36,534 nucleotides of DNA, from positions 1-36,534 of the forward strand of contig PSPG01000014.1 in the NCBI GenBank assembly GCA_003193925.1. Reading direction: 5' to 3'. The stretch comes from Candidatus Thalassarchaeum betae. GTDB taxonomy: Archaea > Thermoplasmatota > Poseidoniia > Poseidoniales > Thalassarchaeaceae. Within the stretch, counting starts at the first letter, position 1. Each line of letters begins with the position of its first letter. Below, in pieces: positions 18,210 through 31,943 of this stretch. The position numbers were made by a program, and so were the translations under genes. The notes under the pieces were generated by a model that saw only the letters and a list, made by a program, of their open reading frames with translations, was not told the DNA's origin and made no database searches.

Positions 18210-18392
18210 TCAGCTGGCGTTCTTGTCGGCCTGGACCTGCTTCCGAACGTCCTGAGCCGTGCCCTTTGCTGCCTGCATGGACTTTCGCACACGCGTTCCA
18301 GCGGCGCCGTTGCCCCGGTCGTGCTTCGCAGCATCACTGAGGGCCTCTGTTAGTGCATCTATCATTCCCTGTACCATCGATTCAACGGACAT
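18210..18392 (-). CDS. Histone H1-like Hc1 family small protein
   Basis: 60 aa; DAAKHDRGNGAAGTRVRK matches the recalled Hc1 motif GNxAAGTRxRK. Confidence 0.75.
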   Translation of the reverse strand: MSVESMVQGMIDALTEALSDAAKHDRGNGAAGTRVRKSMQAAKGTAQDVRKQVQADKNAS

Positions 18393-18454
18393 GGCGGCGG
18401 CGCCTTGTCGAACGCTCTTATGCATTTGCACGGCATTAGTAGGGGTTTCGCGTA

Positions 18455-19438
18455 CTAATCACGGAATAAATCGGCGCCGAGAATCGGAAGAAGCACGCTC
18501 GCATCGCCCTCGACCACGACCTGAGGCGCCTCAGGACGCACCTTGCCCCACGAGATTGCCTCGCGCAGTCGCGCACCCGAGAGCGAACCGTCGTGCTCGG
18601 GAGCAGTCGTGATGCCCACTGCGGAGTCCAGGCCCCCGCGGTACTGGTTCCACCAGATGACGTGGTGCTTTGAGATTCCCCCACCGACCATGAGGGCATG
18701 GCTCTCCTCGGCCGTCCAAGTCAGGTCAGAGAGGATTTGCTCGTCGGCTAGGAAGTCGACCATGAAGTCGGGGCTCTTCTGCCTGTGCATGAACAGCTGC
18801 GAGCCTATAGAGCCGTCCGAGAGCCCCGGGATGACGATGGGGATGCGGTGCTTGGCAGCCCAGTGAAGAAGCGACGACTCGTCGTCGATGCGCTCGCCCA
18901 TGGCCCAGCATAGCTCGACCGACCCGAAGCCTAGCCACGGGTTCTCTGGGTTGGCCTCGCGGCGCTCGGCCTCGATTTCCTCCAACCAGGGGAGGACGAC
19001 CCGCTCGAGAATCTCGCCGTAGCACTCGTTGGGCACGATGACGTTGCCCAGTCGATTGAGCCCCTCCTCGGCCAGTGCGATGTCGTCGAGGCGGAAATCG
19101 CCGTGAAAGTAGTCCCGGTACGTGCGTGCGATGTCGTGGTCGAGCGTGCCGCAGGTCGTGATGACGACGTTGAACGACTTGCGCTTGAGAGCCTCGAGAA
19201 AGAAGCCGCGCGTGCCGGTGGCGCACAGGCAGGCGGGGAAGGATAGCCAGTTCAGCACGCCGTCCTGGCCGCTCTTGGCCATAGAGTCACGTAGCACGTC
19301 GCGCGCGTGCGCGAGTTTAGTAGCAGTGAAGCCGCCGGCGTGCCCCATCTGGTCGATGAGCGAGCGCACATCGTCTGCAGCGGAGAAGTCGTAGTCCTCC
19401 ACAGGCGTGGAGTAGTCGTCCTTGCTGTAGCCCGACAC
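18455..19438 (-). CDS. dhs: Deoxyhypusine synthase
   Basis: GGFTA, ITTCGTLDHD, NRLGNV, DGSIG, GGGISKHH, DGSLSGARLREAISWGKV; GTG start at 19438 inferred. Confidence 0.93.
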   Translation of the reverse strand: MSGYSKDDYSTPVEDYDFSAADDVRSLIDQMGHAGGFTATKLAHARDVLRDSMAKSGQDGVLNWLSFPACLCATGTRGFFLEALKRKSFNVVITTCGTLDHDIARTYRDYFHGDFRLDDIALAEEGLNRLGNVIVPNECYGEILERVVLPWLEEIEAERREANPENPWLGFGSVELCWAMGERIDDESSLLHWAAKHRIPIVIPGLSDGSIGSQLFMHRQKSPDFMVDFLADEQILSDLTWTAEESHALMVGGGISKHHVIWWNQYRGGLDSAVGITTAPEHDGSLSGARLREAISWGKVRPEAPQVVVEGDASVLLPILGADLFRD

Positions 19439-19463
19439 AGGCCGTCGCAGTGCTCCCGGGCCT

Positions 19464-21740
<2,277 letters not shown>

Positions 21741-21749
21741 CGTATTACC

Positions 21750-22703
21750 TCAGTCAAGCCCGTGGATCAAACTCTCTACGAAGACGAGGCTGCCCAGCAG
21801 CACCCAGCCGGTGAGCATCGAGGCTCGGAAGAGCACTTGCTGGAACCTGCCCATCGCCGCATCGGACTCTCCGGCAGCATCGGCCCCCTTGGTCATCACG
21901 TAGAGGTTGGCTGCCGCCATGAGGACGACAGCTGGCATCCACAGCATGTAGCGGGAGGCGCGCTGGTCGCTGAAGTCATGGAGGCCAGTGAGGAAGAAGC
22001 AGGCCACCCAGCCGATGATGAGCGCGACGCTCAGGTTGCGCGTGGCATCGGAGCCGTAGCGCGCCGGGAAGGAGTGAATGCCCTGCTCCCGATCGGCATC
22101 CACGTCCATCCTCGCGTAGTTGACGTCGAACGCAGCGATCCAGAACACGATTCCGAGCGAGATGAAGAAGATCTCCGGATACCAGAGGAACTCGGTTCTC
22201 CCATCGAGCATCCCGTTGATGGACGCCCAGCCGTGGGTGTCGGCTGCCACAGCGACCCATGCGCCTGCCGGTGCAAGCCCGAGGCAGAGCCCGACCCAGA
22301 AGTGGCACAGCGATGTGAAGCGCTTCGTGTACGGGTAGACGACGAAGACGAGCACCGGCAGCCAAGCCATCTTCAGGGCTACCTCGTTGAGCATCCACGC
22401 ACCTCCTAGGAGCATGGCGAGGAAGACGGCAGAAAGAGTCCAAGCGGCCTGCACCGACATCGAGCCCGAAGGCAGGTGCCGGCTCGCAGTACGCGGGTTC
22501 GCAGCATCGATGTCGTGATCGATTATGCGGTTAAGCGCCATCGCGAGGCCGCGCGCTCCGACCGCGGCTACGAGAATCCAGATGATATCCATAGACTCGG
22601 AACCGAATTGGTGTTGCGCGAGGATGAATCCGATTAGTACGAAGGGCAGGGAGAACAGCGTGTGCTCGACCTTGACGAACTCGAGTATCTCCTTGGCTCC
22701 CAT
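21750..22703 (-). CDS. ubiA: UbiA family prenyltransferase (MqnP-like)
   Basis: VKVEHTLFSLPF, NRIIDHDIDAANPRTASR, YPYTKRFT, FDVNYARMDVDADREQG; ATG overlaps the ubiD stop. Confidence 0.9.
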   Translation of the reverse strand: MGAKEILEFVKVEHTLFSLPFVLIGFILAQHQFGSESMDIIWILVAAVGARGLAMALNRIIDHDIDAANPRTASRHLPSGSMSVQAAWTLSAVFLAMLLGGAWMLNEVALKMAWLPVLVFVVYPYTKRFTSLCHFWVGLCLGLAPAGAWVAVAADTHGWASINGMLDGRTEFLWYPEIFFISLGIVFWIAAFDVNYARMDVDADREQGIHSFPARYGSDATRNLSVALIIGWVACFFLTGLHDFSDQRASRYMLWMPAVVLMAAANLYVMTKGADAAGESDAAMGRFQQVLFRASMLTGWVLLGSLVFVESLIHGLD

Positions 22704-24574
22704 CAGTATCCCCCTTCGGCCAGCCACGCGTCGACCCGCTCGGCGACCTCCGCATCGTGCAGGGTGACGCCCGGCCAGCGCCGCACAGGCAGCGGCCCCT
22801 CGTTGGACGGGATGGGCGCGGTGGCATCCCAAGCGAGCCTGCCGCCGGAATCGTCGAAGTGCAGGTCGCGACCGACGTCGAAGCGGCAGAACAGCTGCCA
22901 CAACAGCCGCCGCCGCCAGTCCTCGCTGGCTAGGTAGACGTCGTCGTCGGTGATGAACAGCCAGCGCAGGTTCCGGGCGGCTTCAAGCGACCAGATTCCG
23001 CGGCAGATTTCATCGATTACCTCCCGCTGCCGTGCAGCACCCTCCTCACTGACCTCCTCCATGCTCCCCTCAGGCTTCGGTGCGCCCTCGATGTTGGTGG
23101 TGACGACTAGCATCGAGGAGCGCAGCATTCGCGCTTGTATCACGCCGCTCACAGCCGAGGCGGAGATCTCGAGCGAGTCCGGGCAGCCCAGTTGCGGGGG
23201 CTGGCCCGAGTGCGGGTCGTTGTCCGGAGTCGTGGTCGCATCGATGATCAGCTTGTCGTGGATGTTCTCCCAAGGCGCGGCGTGAGCGATTGTGTCGGCC
23301 ACCATCCCCCTGAGGAAGACGAGGTCGTGCGGTATGTGGACGCGGTAGTCCAGAGCATCCAGAAGTGCCTCGAGGTCCTTGACCGGGTGACCCTCGTCAA
23401 CGGCCACTATCACCTTCTGGAACATCATCTGACCGGCGCCTAACAGGCCCAAGGCTGTCTTGCGAGCCTGTCTCGGGTAGCGCTGTTTCGAGGCGACGAT
23501 GGCGAGGTTGTGGAATCCGCTCTCGAGCGGCAGGTATAGGTCGACGACATCGCGGTGCTGGAATTGCAGAATGGGCAGGAAGGCATCGGTTATCGCCTCG
23601 CCGAGGTAGCCGTCCTCCATCGGTGGCATACCGACGATAGTCATCGGTATCATCGCATCCTTGCGGTGGGTGATCCTGGTGATGTGCATAACTGGGTAGG
23701 GCTCGGCCAGCGAGTAGTATCCGAAGTGGTCTCCGAACGGACCCTCCATGCGGGTCTCGCCGGGCACCGTGTAGCCTTCGATGAGCACGTCGCACTCGGC
23801 CGGCACCCAGAGGTCGCAGGTCTGACACTTGACTATGGACAGCCTCTTGCGGCTCAGCAATCCTGCGAATTCGTACTCCGAGAGGTTGTTCGGCAGCGGC
23901 GCTATTGCGCTGAACATCACTTCAGGCGGACCACCGAGGCAGATTGCCACAGGCATCCTGCCGGTGGTCGCGTCTGCGTGGTCCGCACCGTGCTTGTGGG
24001 CCTGCCAGTGCAGCCCGACCTCGTCCGGCCCGTACACCTGACTGCGGTATATGCCCATATTGTGGACACCCGTGTCGGGGTCGGCTGTGACGACCAGCGG
24101 GAGGGTCATGAACGGCCCCGCGTCCTCGGGCCAGGTCTTCGGTATGGGCAGCCTCGTGACGTCGGGAATCTCCATCACGATCCGCTGGCACGCTCCCCTC
24201 GAGACCTTGCGAGGCGCCATCGTCAGGCCCTGCTTGGCAAGTCCCAGTCCGGTCCACGGCGCCTTGAGGATACCACCGACGTCCGGCTTCATCAGAGCGA
24301 CCATCCGCTCCCCGATCTCCTTCGGGTCATCCACGCCCAAGGCCCGGTTGGTCCTCTCTCTGGTCCCGAAGAGGTTCATCAATAGAGGAAACTGGCTGAT
24401 GCTGCCGTCGGGCAGGCGGGGCTGCTCGAACTTCACTGCCGGCCCACCCCGCTTCACTAGGCGATCGGCGAAGCATCCCGCTTCGAGCTCCACATCGACC
24501 GGATCGACGATTCGCAGCATCTCACCGGACTCCTCCAGAGCCCCGACGTAGCGGGAGAGCTGCCTCCAGACCAT
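22703..24574 (-). CDS. ubiD: UbiD family decarboxylase (MqnL-like)
   Basis: NLFGT, NMGIYR, EGPFGDHFGYY, GMPPMEDG; duplicated C-terminal segment. Confidence 0.93.
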   Translation of the reverse strand: MVWRQLSRYVGALEESGEMLRIVDPVDVELEAGCFADRLVKRGGPAVKFEQPRLPDGSISQFPLLMNLFGTRERTNRALGVDDPKEIGERMVALMKPDVGGILKAPWTGLGLAKQGLTMAPRKVSRGACQRIVMEIPDVTRLPIPKTWPEDAGPFMTLPLVVTADPDTGVHNMGIYRSQVYGPDEVGLHWQAHKHGADHADATTGRMPVAICLGGPPEVMFSAIAPLPNNLSEYEFAGLLSRKRLSIVKCQTCDLWVPAECDVLIEGYTVPGETRMEGPFGDHFGYYSLAEPYPVMHITRITHRKDAMIPMTIVGMPPMEDGYLGEAITDAFLPILQFQHRDVVDLYLPLESGFHNLAIVASKQRYPRQARKTALGLLGAGQMMFQKVIVAVDEGHPVKDLEALLDALDYRVHIPHDLVFLRGMVADTIAHAAPWENIHDKLIIDATTTPDNDPHSGQPPQLGCPDSLEISASAVSGVIQARMLRSSMLVVTTNIEGAPKPEGSMEEVSEEGAARQREVIDEICRGIWSLEAARNLRWLFITDDDVYLASEDWRRRLLWQLFCRFDVGRDLHFDDSGGRLAWDATAPIPSNEGPLPVRRWPGVTLHDAEVAERVDAWLAEGGY

Positions 24575-24680
24575 GCTCCGCCGGAGCGCTCACACAATGA
24601 GAAGGTTCGCTCGCCATCGTAGATGGCGGGACCGACGGTTTCTTTGACGTACAGCCGTCCGTGGCTAACTGGGTGAGGCC

Positions 24681-25916
24681 GTGAGCACATGCGATGTCCT
24701 AGTTGTCGGAGCGGGTCCGGGGGGTGGCAACGCTGCCTTGCAGTGCGCCCGTCACGGCCTCTCGACGATGCTCATCGAGGACCACCCGGCGATAGGCACG
24801 CCAGTCCACTGCGGCGAGTGCATCTCCGACATCGCGTGTGACAATCTCGACTTGGACCTGCCAGAGCATGTCATCAGCAAGAGGGTCCATGGCATTCGAG
24901 TCATCTTCCCCGACGGCACCGAGAAGCGCCTGACCGAGGAGGGCTACGTCCTCGAGAAGCACCTGTTTGAGCGCTGGATCGCCGACGAGGCGGTCGCTGC
25001 CGGAGCGAGTGTGCACCTCGGTCACAAGCTGTCCTCGATGGAGAGGATGGAGGATGACGGGCGCTTCGTCGGCTGGAAGTGCGATGGCAAGGGCGAGCTG
25101 TTCCCCCTCCAGGCCAAGGTGGTCATCGACGCTTCCGGCGCAGCCGCAGTGTGCTCGAAACTCGTCAAACTCGACGAGGACAAGCCCCTGAACACCATGG
25201 GCAAGGTCGTAGCCGGGATGCAGTACGAGATGCTCGAAGTCCCGAGCGATGGCTACCTCGACTTCTACATCTGGCCGAAGTACGCCGAGAAGGGGTACCT
25301 GTGGATGATACCCAAGTGCGATGGCCGCGCCAACGTCGGGCTGGTGACCGAGGACCGGCCGCGCACCAAGAAGGCGCTTGACGAGTTCATCGAAGTCACC
25401 CACTTCAAGGAGCTCGAGCAGGTCCCCCCTCCTTGGAAGGAGAAGGGAAATCCGGCTTTCGGAGGAACCATCCCGATCTCGGGCCCGTTCGAGAACACAC
25501 ACTACGACGGGCTGATGCTGGTAGGCGATGCCGCCGGCTTCACATCCCCACTCTTCGAGGGAGGCTCTCACTTGGCGCTGAAGTCGGCGGTTTACGCTGC
25601 CGATACTGCCGCCGCTGCTATCGCCGCAGGCGACATCAGCGCCGACGGCCTCGCCGAGTACCCCGGGCTCTGGAAGGACGAGTTCCCGCCCTACGACAAG
25701 ATACTGAGAGGCAAGAACGCGCTGTTCGACCTAACAGACGAGGAGATGTCGGTGATGGCTCGGTGCTTCCCTGACGAGATGGGGGACATGGGAGTCAGCG
25801 GGAAGGCGATGGTGGGCCTCAGGCTACTCGTGCGCCGCCCCGGGCTGTATCTCAAGAAGGTGGTTCCAGCGATGCTGGCGTTCGGGTATAGCAGAGCCAA
25901 GTACTACGGGTGGTGA
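24681..25916 (+). CDS. Geranylgeranyl reductase family flavoprotein
   Basis: VVGAGPGG, PVHCGE, GYLWMIPK, LVGDAAG..SPLFEGG. Confidence 0.9.
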   Translation: MSTCDVLVVGAGPGGGNAALQCARHGLSTMLIEDHPAIGTPVHCGECISDIACDNLDLDLPEHVISKRVHGIRVIFPDGTEKRLTEEGYVLEKHLFERWIADEAVAAGASVHLGHKLSSMERMEDDGRFVGWKCDGKGELFPLQAKVVIDASGAAAVCSKLVKLDEDKPLNTMGKVVAGMQYEMLEVPSDGYLDFYIWPKYAEKGYLWMIPKCDGRANVGLVTEDRPRTKKALDEFIEVTHFKELEQVPPPWKEKGNPAFGGTIPISGPFENTHYDGLMLVGDAAGFTSPLFEGGSHLALKSAVYAADTAAAAIAAGDISADGLAEYPGLWKDEFPPYDKILRGKNALFDLTDEEMSVMARCFPDEMGDMGVSGKAMVGLRLLVRRPGLYLKKVVPAMLAFGYSRAKYYGW

Positions 25917-26010
25917 TTCCGTTCTCACTTGGCTCGGACTCGCCCTGCTCGCGCTCGCGTTCCTGACCAGCGCGCACCAGATCGCGCGCCCGGAGAAAGC
26001 TGGAGACGGC

Positions 26011-28287
<2,277 letters not shown>

Positions 28288-28365
28288 GCGGAATATCACT
28301 TGGGGTGATACCGTTTGTATGAAAAAGGAGGAGTCGGTCGGCGAGTCGCCTAGGAGGGTCATCTG

Positions 28366-29061
28366 ATGGACAAGGGAACGATCATACACATCGATTACGA
28401 CCTCTTCAATGCGGAGACTGAGGTGCTCATCGAGACGACCCGCGAGGAGGTCGCCAAGGAGCACGATGCGCACGATGAGAACCGAACCTACTCGCCGATG
28501 GTGACCGTCGTCGGCGACGGGCGCCTCGTCTCCGGGTTCGAGGCCCATCTGGTCGACGCCGAGGCTGACACCGACTACGCCTTCGACATCGAGCCCGCCG
28601 AGGCTTACGGCGAGCGGGATGCGAATCTCGTCGAGACCATCGGCCAGAACGTCCTGATGCGCAGCGTGCGCGACCCGGAAACGCTCGCCATCGGCGCGCC
28701 CGTAGAAATCGGCGGGCGCACCGGTGTTCTGCAGTTCCTCAGCGCCGGCCGCGCAAGGATCGACTACAACCACCCGCTCGCCGGCGCTACCCTGCGCTAT
28801 AGCTACCGAATCACCAAGGTCGTCGAGGACCGCACCGAGAAGGTCTCAACCCTGCTCAACATGAACACCGGTCGCGACGACTTCGAGGTCGCCTTCGACG
28901 GCGACGACCTGACCGTCACCACTCCCGAGGCCATCGCGTACGACCAGAGCTGGGCCTACGCCAAGTTCAGCCTCGTCCGCACTCTCCGAGACCACCTCGG
29001 TGTCGGCAAGGTCGTGTTCAGGGAAGTCCACGAGCCCCGTGCAATCACAGAAGAAGAGTGA
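28366..29061 (+). CDS. FKBP-type peptidyl-prolyl isomerase (archaeal long/SlyD-like)
   Basis: IETT, IEPAEAYGERD, IDYNHPLAG; SD GGAGG. Confidence 0.93.
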   Translation: MDKGTIIHIDYDLFNAETEVLIETTREEVAKEHDAHDENRTYSPMVTVVGDGRLVSGFEAHLVDAEADTDYAFDIEPAEAYGERDANLVETIGQNVLMRSVRDPETLAIGAPVEIGGRTGVLQFLSAGRARIDYNHPLAGATLRYSYRITKVVEDRTEKVSTLLNMNTGRDDFEVAFDGDDLTVTTPEAIAYDQSWAYAKFSLVRTLRDHLGVGKVVFREVHEPRAITEEE

Positions 29062-29063
29062 TT

Positions 29064-29202
29064 CGCAGGGTTCATCCCCCCTCTCCGCCCCGAAGGGATG
29101 CCTCAATGACGACGAAAGGGTGACTGAGCCTGCGGCTTTGACGTGCCCTATGAGTACCGAGAGGCACCAAACGACACACGGATTGAAGATATCCTGTCGT
29201 TT
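29064..29202. ncRNA. Candidate structured intergenic RNA
   Basis: Consecutive stems CGCAGG/CCTGCG, CATCCC/GGGATG, CTCA/TGAG, GTGCC/GGCAC, AAACGACA/TGTCGTTT; C(UUCG)G loop on the minus strand. Confidence 0.4.
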
Positions 29203-29212
29203 CCGGTAACCG

Positions 29213-29830
29213 ATGACACGTACCAGTGCGGCGATTTGCGTCCTCGCCGTCCTGCTCATCTCGACGATGACCAGCGGCTGCCTCGGGCTGGCGGTCCAGC
29301 GCGAGATCATGGAGTCGTGGCGAGACGAGCCGATAGTCATCGAGAAGGAGGAGACCACAGGGTGGGACCACACCTTCGAGTCCACCGGACTCGAGGCCGC
29401 CGACCCGTACGAGGAGGAGGAGCTGATTCAGTTCGACGAGAGCGTGACTCAGCTGGTCATCAACTTCCGAGCGCAGTTCCCGTGGTCCTCGCAGATCGAG
29501 GAGTTCTTCGGCAACGAGACCAACGAGTTCCGCTATGTCGAGGTGCGACTGTGGGAGCCAGGCGTGAAGGAGGCTGGCGGCGACCCGTTCTGGGAGGTCA
29601 GGGCGACTCAGGACTACCCGCTGGAGCGCTTCACCCTGGGCAACGGGACCTTCGTCGAAGGCAAGTGGGTATTCGAGGTCGAGGCTCGCGGCTACGGCAT
29701 CACCGCGCCCATCGAGCAACTCTCGTTCCACGACCACTTCGACGTTTATCTGACGATCACCAGGCCCTGCGTGCGCTTCTCAGAGATGCATGAGAGCGGG
29801 GAATGCACCTACCTGTCCGATTTCGATTAG
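29213..29830 (+). CDS. Hypothetical acidic lipoprotein
   Basis: Signal peptide with lipobox TSGC; 205 aa. Confidence 0.75.
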   Translation: MTRTSAAICVLAVLLISTMTSGCLGLAVQREIMESWRDEPIVIEKEETTGWDHTFESTGLEAADPYEEEELIQFDESVTQLVINFRAQFPWSSQIEEFFGNETNEFRYVEVRLWEPGVKEAGGDPFWEVRATQDYPLERFTLGNGTFVEGKWVFEVEARGYGITAPIEQLSFHDHFDVYLTITRPCVRFSEMHESGECTYLSDFD

Positions 29831-29905
29831 GCCTGTACGGCCCTGTGGGGCGATGCGCAGCGCTTATGAGTCAAGGTCAGGTCGCCGCGACGCTGAGGAT
29901 TCATC

Positions 29906-30520
29906 TTGGATGAGAGTCTATCCCCTTTGGTGCCGCTCGATGTGTACGAGCAGCACGCCGTCCACATCGGAACCAACCAGAAGTCGGCCGACATGAAGAA
30001 GTTCCTCGACACCCTCCGCTATCACGAGGGCGGACTGCACCACATCGACATCCACCAGACCGACGCACGCATCCGTGTGGTCGCCAAGTTCCTGTCCCGC
30101 TACGACCCTGAGAGGGTCCTTGTCGTGAGCGCACGGCAGTACGGTCAGCGCCCCGCACGCAAGTTCGCCGAGAGCATCGGAGCGATGCGCATCGTAGGAC
30201 GCTTCATTCCCGGCACGCTGACCAACCCGAGACTGCGAACCTACATCGAGCCCGAGGTGATTCTGGTCACCGACCCGGCTGCCGACTCCCAGGCCCTCTC
30301 AGAGGCTGTGAACTCCGGCATGCCGGTGGTTGGGATATGCGACGCCAACAACAGGCTGCGCAACGTCGACCTAGCCCTTCCCGCCAACAACAAGGGACGA
30401 CGCTCGCTGGCTCTCGTCTACTGGCTGCTGGCCCGCGAGATGCTCAAGACCCGGGACTCGATCACCGACGCAGACTGGGAGCGCGCCCAGAACGTCGACG
30501 ACTGGGAATCCACCTTCTGA
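29906..30520 (+). CDS. rps2: 30S ribosomal protein S2
   Basis: VHIGT, GRFIPGTLTNP, VTDP, PANNKGRRSLALVYWLLARE; TTG start. Confidence 0.96.
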   Translation: MDESLSPLVPLDVYEQHAVHIGTNQKSADMKKFLDTLRYHEGGLHHIDIHQTDARIRVVAKFLSRYDPERVLVVSARQYGQRPARKFAESIGAMRIVGRFIPGTLTNPRLRTYIEPEVILVTDPAADSQALSEAVNSGMPVVGICDANNRLRNVDLALPANNKGRRSLALVYWLLAREMLKTRDSITDADWERAQNVDDWESTF

Positions 30521-30562
30521 GGCCTCGACGCCCTCATAGAGGGGCTACCGGACCGCCGTTTC

Positions 30563-31543
30563 GTGACCAGTGACCCCGTTCCGCTGTTTCTCGCCCCCAT
30601 GGCAGGGGTCACCGACCTCGCCTACAGGTTGCTCGCACGCGAGTGCGGAGCGGATGTGACGGTCACCGAGTTCACCGCGGCATCCGGCCTGACCCGTCGC
30701 GACACGCATTCGTGGCTGAAGGTCGAGAGTGACCCTCGAGAGCAGCCCTTCATCCCGCAGATCTTCGGCGGCATCACCGAGGAGATGGTGCAGACCGTCG
30801 AACTCTTGCAGGACAGGGCCGACGTCATCGACATCAACTTCGGCTGCCCCGCGCCCAAGGTGTGCCGCAACGATGCCGGGGCAGCGCTTCTGAGGGACCC
30901 CGACCGAGTCGTCGAGATGGTCCGAGCCTGTCTCGATGTGGCTAAGGTGCCGATCACGGTCAAGGTCAGGCTCGGCACCGGCGGCGGCCCGAACACCGCG
31001 CTGGAGGTCGCCGAGAGGCTGGAGGCAGAGGGCATCGAGCGAATCTGCGTCCACGGCCGCACACTGAGACAGAGGTACTCAGGCACAGCCGACTGGGAGC
31101 AGATTCGCGACATCGTCGAGGCCGTCGACATCCCGGTCATCGCGAACGGCGACGTCGTCGACGCCGCTACGGCCTCGGCATGCTTGGAGGCGACAGGCGC
31201 CGCAGGGCTGATGATTGGCCGCGGTGCTATCGGCCGACCTACCATCTTCCACGACATCAAGCGAGACCTAGGATGGTCGGACCAAGCTCCTACTTGGGGT
31301 GACGGCGACCCCGCAGTAGCTCGATTGTGGTGCTGGAAGAGATATCTGGAACTCAGTGGCGAACTCTACACGGTGCAGGAGAACAAGAACCTCAAGCGGC
31401 ACGCGGTCTCGTTCACCAAGGGACTTCCAGGTGCTTCGGCGATGAGGGTCGAACTGCATTCTATAGGGGGCCAGGCCGAGCTCGGCAGGAGAGTGACCGA
31501 GTACCTCGAGGAACTCACCGAGCCCAGCTCCATCGCTGCCTGA
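30563..31543 (+). CDS. dus: tRNA-dihydrouridine synthase
   Basis: LAPMAGVTD, DINFGCP, TVKVR, VHGRT, IANGDV, MIGRGAIGRP. Confidence 0.95.
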   Translation: MTSDPVPLFLAPMAGVTDLAYRLLARECGADVTVTEFTAASGLTRRDTHSWLKVESDPREQPFIPQIFGGITEEMVQTVELLQDRADVIDINFGCPAPKVCRNDAGAALLRDPDRVVEMVRACLDVAKVPITVKVRLGTGGGPNTALEVAERLEAEGIERICVHGRTLRQRYSGTADWEQIRDIVEAVDIPVIANGDVVDAATASACLEATGAAGLMIGRGAIGRPTIFHDIKRDLGWSDQAPTWGDGDPAVARLWCWKRYLELSGELYTVQENKNLKRHAVSFTKGLPGASAMRVELHSIGGQAELGRRVTEYLEELTEPSSIAA

Positions 31544-31580
31544 TACGCGAGTTAATCAGCGATTGTCGATTGCGAGAACC

Positions 31581-31943
31581 ATGCTCCCTTCGTTTAACGT
31601 ACTCGGAGGGGAGCTCCAGCCCTGCTCCCTCGATCCTCTGACTGGTTGGTTAAGGGACGGCTGCTGCAACACCGACCGCAATGACAGTGGCCTGCACACA
31701 GTCTGCTGCTTGGTTACCGATGACTTCCTCGAGTTCGCCCGGCAACAGGGGAACGATCTCATCACTCCAGCGCCGGAGTTCAATTTCCCCGGGCTCAAGC
31801 CCGGGGACAGGTGGTGTGTGTGCGCTCAGACCTGGCAGGATGCGGCCGAAGCAGGTGTGGCATGCCCTATCGTGCTGGGGGCCACACACGAGGAGACGCT
31901 GCAGATCGTCTCGCTAGATCTTCTGGAGCAGTACGCCGCCTGA
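31581..31943 (+). CDS. DUF2237 family protein
   Basis: NVLGGELQPCSLDPLTGW.RDGCC, H.VC, GNDL.TP.PEF.FPGLKPGDRWCVCA. Confidence 0.85.
   Translation: MLPSFNVLGGELQPCSLDPLTGWLRDGCCNTDRNDSGLHTVCCLVTDDFLEFARQQGNDLITPAPEFNFPGLKPGDRWCVCAQTWQDAAEAGVACPIVLGATHEETLQIVSLDLLEQYAA

Noticed and set aside
22703-23450. Duplicated C-terminal segment of UbiD as a novelty
   Set aside because: Long forms with this extension are, from recall, usual among MqnL-type decarboxylases
29075-29130. HDV-like ribozyme (minus strand) or C/D box RNA (ATGACGA...CTGA, plus strand)
   Set aside because: No room for P3/L3 in the HDV fold; C and D boxes are only 11 nt apart with a weak flanking stem
29146-29205. Hammerhead-like arrangement (CUAUGA-stem-CAAA-stem-GUU)
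   Set aside because: Core deviates from CUGANGA and GAAA, and stem I cannot form
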